A DNA stretch of 35,709 bases from a virus (taxonomy: Duplodnaviria; Caudoviricetes). The number at the start of each line of letters is the position of its first letter. Position 1 is the stretch's first letter. The notes under the pieces are model-generated. The model did no database searches and was not told where the DNA came from. It was given only the letters and a program-made list of their open reading frames with translations. A program made the translations under genes and the position numbers. Location of the stretch: the IMG/VR virus record IMGVR_UViG_3300020045_012215, positions 1-35,709 of that record. One strand, written 5' to 3'. Below, piece by piece: positions 34,168-35,709 of this stretch.

Positions 34168-34487
34168 TGCCAGCCGCTGCCGCTATCATTGCCGCCACCG
34201 CTGTCACGGCGATGGTTCAGAACAATCAGCAACGCCAGGCGCGCAAGGATTCAAACAGGATCGCCGAGCAGCAAATGAACGAGTCTCGCGCCGCGCAAAA
34301 AGAGTTGCAGGACCGGTCCGCAAAAGAAGAGTCAGACGCCAACGCGATTTCCGTGCGTGACCAGGCGCGGGCGCGTCTGCGTTCACGCATGGCGGTGTCT
34401 CAGGGTCGCAGCAGCACAATTCTGACGTCTCCAGTTGGAATCCCTGCATCCAGCACATCCCCGACTAAGACGCTCTTGGGCAGCTGA
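34167..34487 (+). CDS. Small portal-adjacent virion protein
   Basis: GGAGG RBS; helical; C-term 'GRSSTILTS..KTLLG' typical of the gene preceding BPP-1-like portals. Confidence 0.65.
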   Translation: MPAAAAIIAATAVTAMVQNNQQRQARKDSNRIAEQQMNESRAAQKELQDRSAKEESDANAISVRDQARARLRSRMAVSQGRSSTILTSPVGIPASSTSPTKTLLGS

Positions 34488-34490
34488 TAG

Positions 34491-35709
34491 ATGCCATCAA
34501 ATATCCCACAGCGCAATCTGATAACGGCGGCTCCCGATGCGTCGCGTCGTGACATGTATGAGCGGATTCGCTCTGCTATGGCGCTGGAGCGCTCATCGTT
34601 CGAGGATCACTGGAAAGAGCTTGGGACGTACATTCTTCCGCGCCGACCGCGATTCTCTCTGTCGGAAACGAATAGGGGTGAGCGCAGGAACAACAAAATC
34701 ATCGATTCCACAGCAACGCTGGCCGCCCGCACGTTGCGCTCTGGCCTCATGAGTGGCCTCACGTCTCCGGCTCGGCCATGGTTTAGATTGACCGTAGCGG
34801 ATAAGTCGTTGGCCAAGGACATGGACGTAAAGATGTGGCTGGAGGATACGACGGAGCGCATGTCCGATGTGTTCCTGCGCTCGAACCTTTACAACTCATT
34901 GCCCGTTGTTTATGGCGATGTCGGCACTTTCGCAACCGCAGCCATGCTGGTCGAAGAGGATTTCGACAACGTGATCTATACGCAGCCGCTTCCGATCGGG
35001 ACGTACATGATCGGGAATAGCGATCGAGGGCGCGTAGAGGTCATGTTCCGCGAGTGGCGGTGGACCGTGCGCCAAGTCGTTCAAGCGTTTGGGCGTCGCC
35101 TCCCGAATGGGGATCGTGACTGGAGCAATTTCTCGCTGACCGTGCGCACGGCATGGGAGAGTAACACGCGTGAGATGTGGGTTGACGTGTGCCATATCGT
35201 CCTTCCGAATGATGAATACGACCCGAACAAGCTGCACTCGAAATACAAGCGCTTCAAGTCGTGTTATTACGAAAAAGGGTCGAGTGGTGAGCAGTCGCAT
35301 AAATATTCAGAACGGCTAGGCGACGTGTTCCTGAAAGAGGGTGGGTATGATTCGTTCCCGTTCCTTGTGCCACGTTGGGAAGTCTCCGATTCCGATGTGT
35401 ATGGAACTGACTGCCCTGGCATGACGTCGCTTGGAGACGCGAAGCAGTTGCAGGCTGGCGAACGTCGAAGCATGCAGGCGATCGACAAGATGTCGAATCC
35501 GCCCGTGGCAGGTCCGGCATCTCTTCGGAATCAGCCGGTTTCGACAATGCCCGGAGGCTTCACGGCTGTCGACAGTTTCGCGGGCCAGCAGCAATTGGCC
35601 CCGATCTATCAGGTGGATCCACGGATTCGTGAACTCGAAGAAAAGCAGGCGCAATGCCGAATGCGCGTGCAGCGCGCTTGGTTTGAGGATTTGTTCTTGA
35701 TGCTGGCGA
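34491..35709 (+). CDS. Portal / head-to-tail connector (3' truncated; absent from ORF track)
   Basis: Translated by hand at both ends: 'ERSSFEDHWKELGTYILPRR..IIDSTATLAARTLRSGLMSGLTSPARPWFRL' and 'AWFEDLFLMLA' are in the same frame, which reaches the window end. Confidence 0.92.
   Translation, partial: MPSNIPQRNLITAAPDASRRDMYERIRSAMALERSSFEDHWKELGTYILPRRPRFSLSETNRGERRNNKIIDSTATLAARTLRSGLMSGLTSPARPWFRLTVADKSLAKDMDVKMWLEDTTERMSDVFLRSNLYNSLPVVYGDVGTFATAAMLVEEDFDNVIYTQPLPIGTYMIGNSDRGRVEVMFREWRWTVRQVVQAFGRRLPNGDRDWSNFSLTVRTAWESNTREMWVDVCHIVLPNDEYDPNKLHSKYKRFKSCYYEKGSSGEQSHKYSERLGDVFLKEGGYDSFPFLVPRWEVSDSDVYGTDCPGMTSLGDAKQLQAGERRSMQAIDKMSNPPVAGPASLRNQPVSTMPGGFTAVDSFAGQQQLAPIYQVDPRIRELEEKQAQCRMRVQRAWFEDLFLMLA

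Noticed and set aside
1-35709. Stop-codon reassignment
   Set aside because: Genes are intact and tightly coupled under the standard code; no suppressor tRNA

Overview
About 36 kb of a tailed dsDNA phage of the BPP-1/epsilon15-like podovirus type. It appears circularly permuted: the window opens in the 3' end of a tail tubular protein B-like gene and ends inside the portal gene, so the capsid/scaffold block is not seen. From 1 to 15.6 kb (+) are internal virion/ejection proteins, including a 2999-aa polyvalent protein carrying ART, probable GNAT-like and HEXXH-peptidase modules, then a tail fibre, a signal-peptide fibre-like protein, the lysis cassette and an Nmad1-like gene. A leftward recombination operon (YqaJ exonuclease, SMC-like ATPase, RecT) diverges from a rightward replication operon (Cro-like HTH, SF2 helicase, VRR-NUC, TOPRIM-VapE primase-helicase). 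A long leftward operon of small genes (24-29.7 kb) includes an acyl carrier protein and an HD-like protein. It is headed by about 700 nt of densely structured non-coding RNA containing an atypical tRNA-Phe. Next come a GGGTAGAC iteron-like region, then terS, terL, a GNAT gene and the portal. No integrase, CI repressor, DNA polymerase, reverse transcriptase or CRISPR array is visible. The best leads are the structured ncRNA array, the LxQ-delimited effector cassette in the giant virion protein, a candidate inverted unimolecular spanin with a 4-strand beta anchor, and the phage ACP. All family calls come from motifs read by eye, not from database searches.
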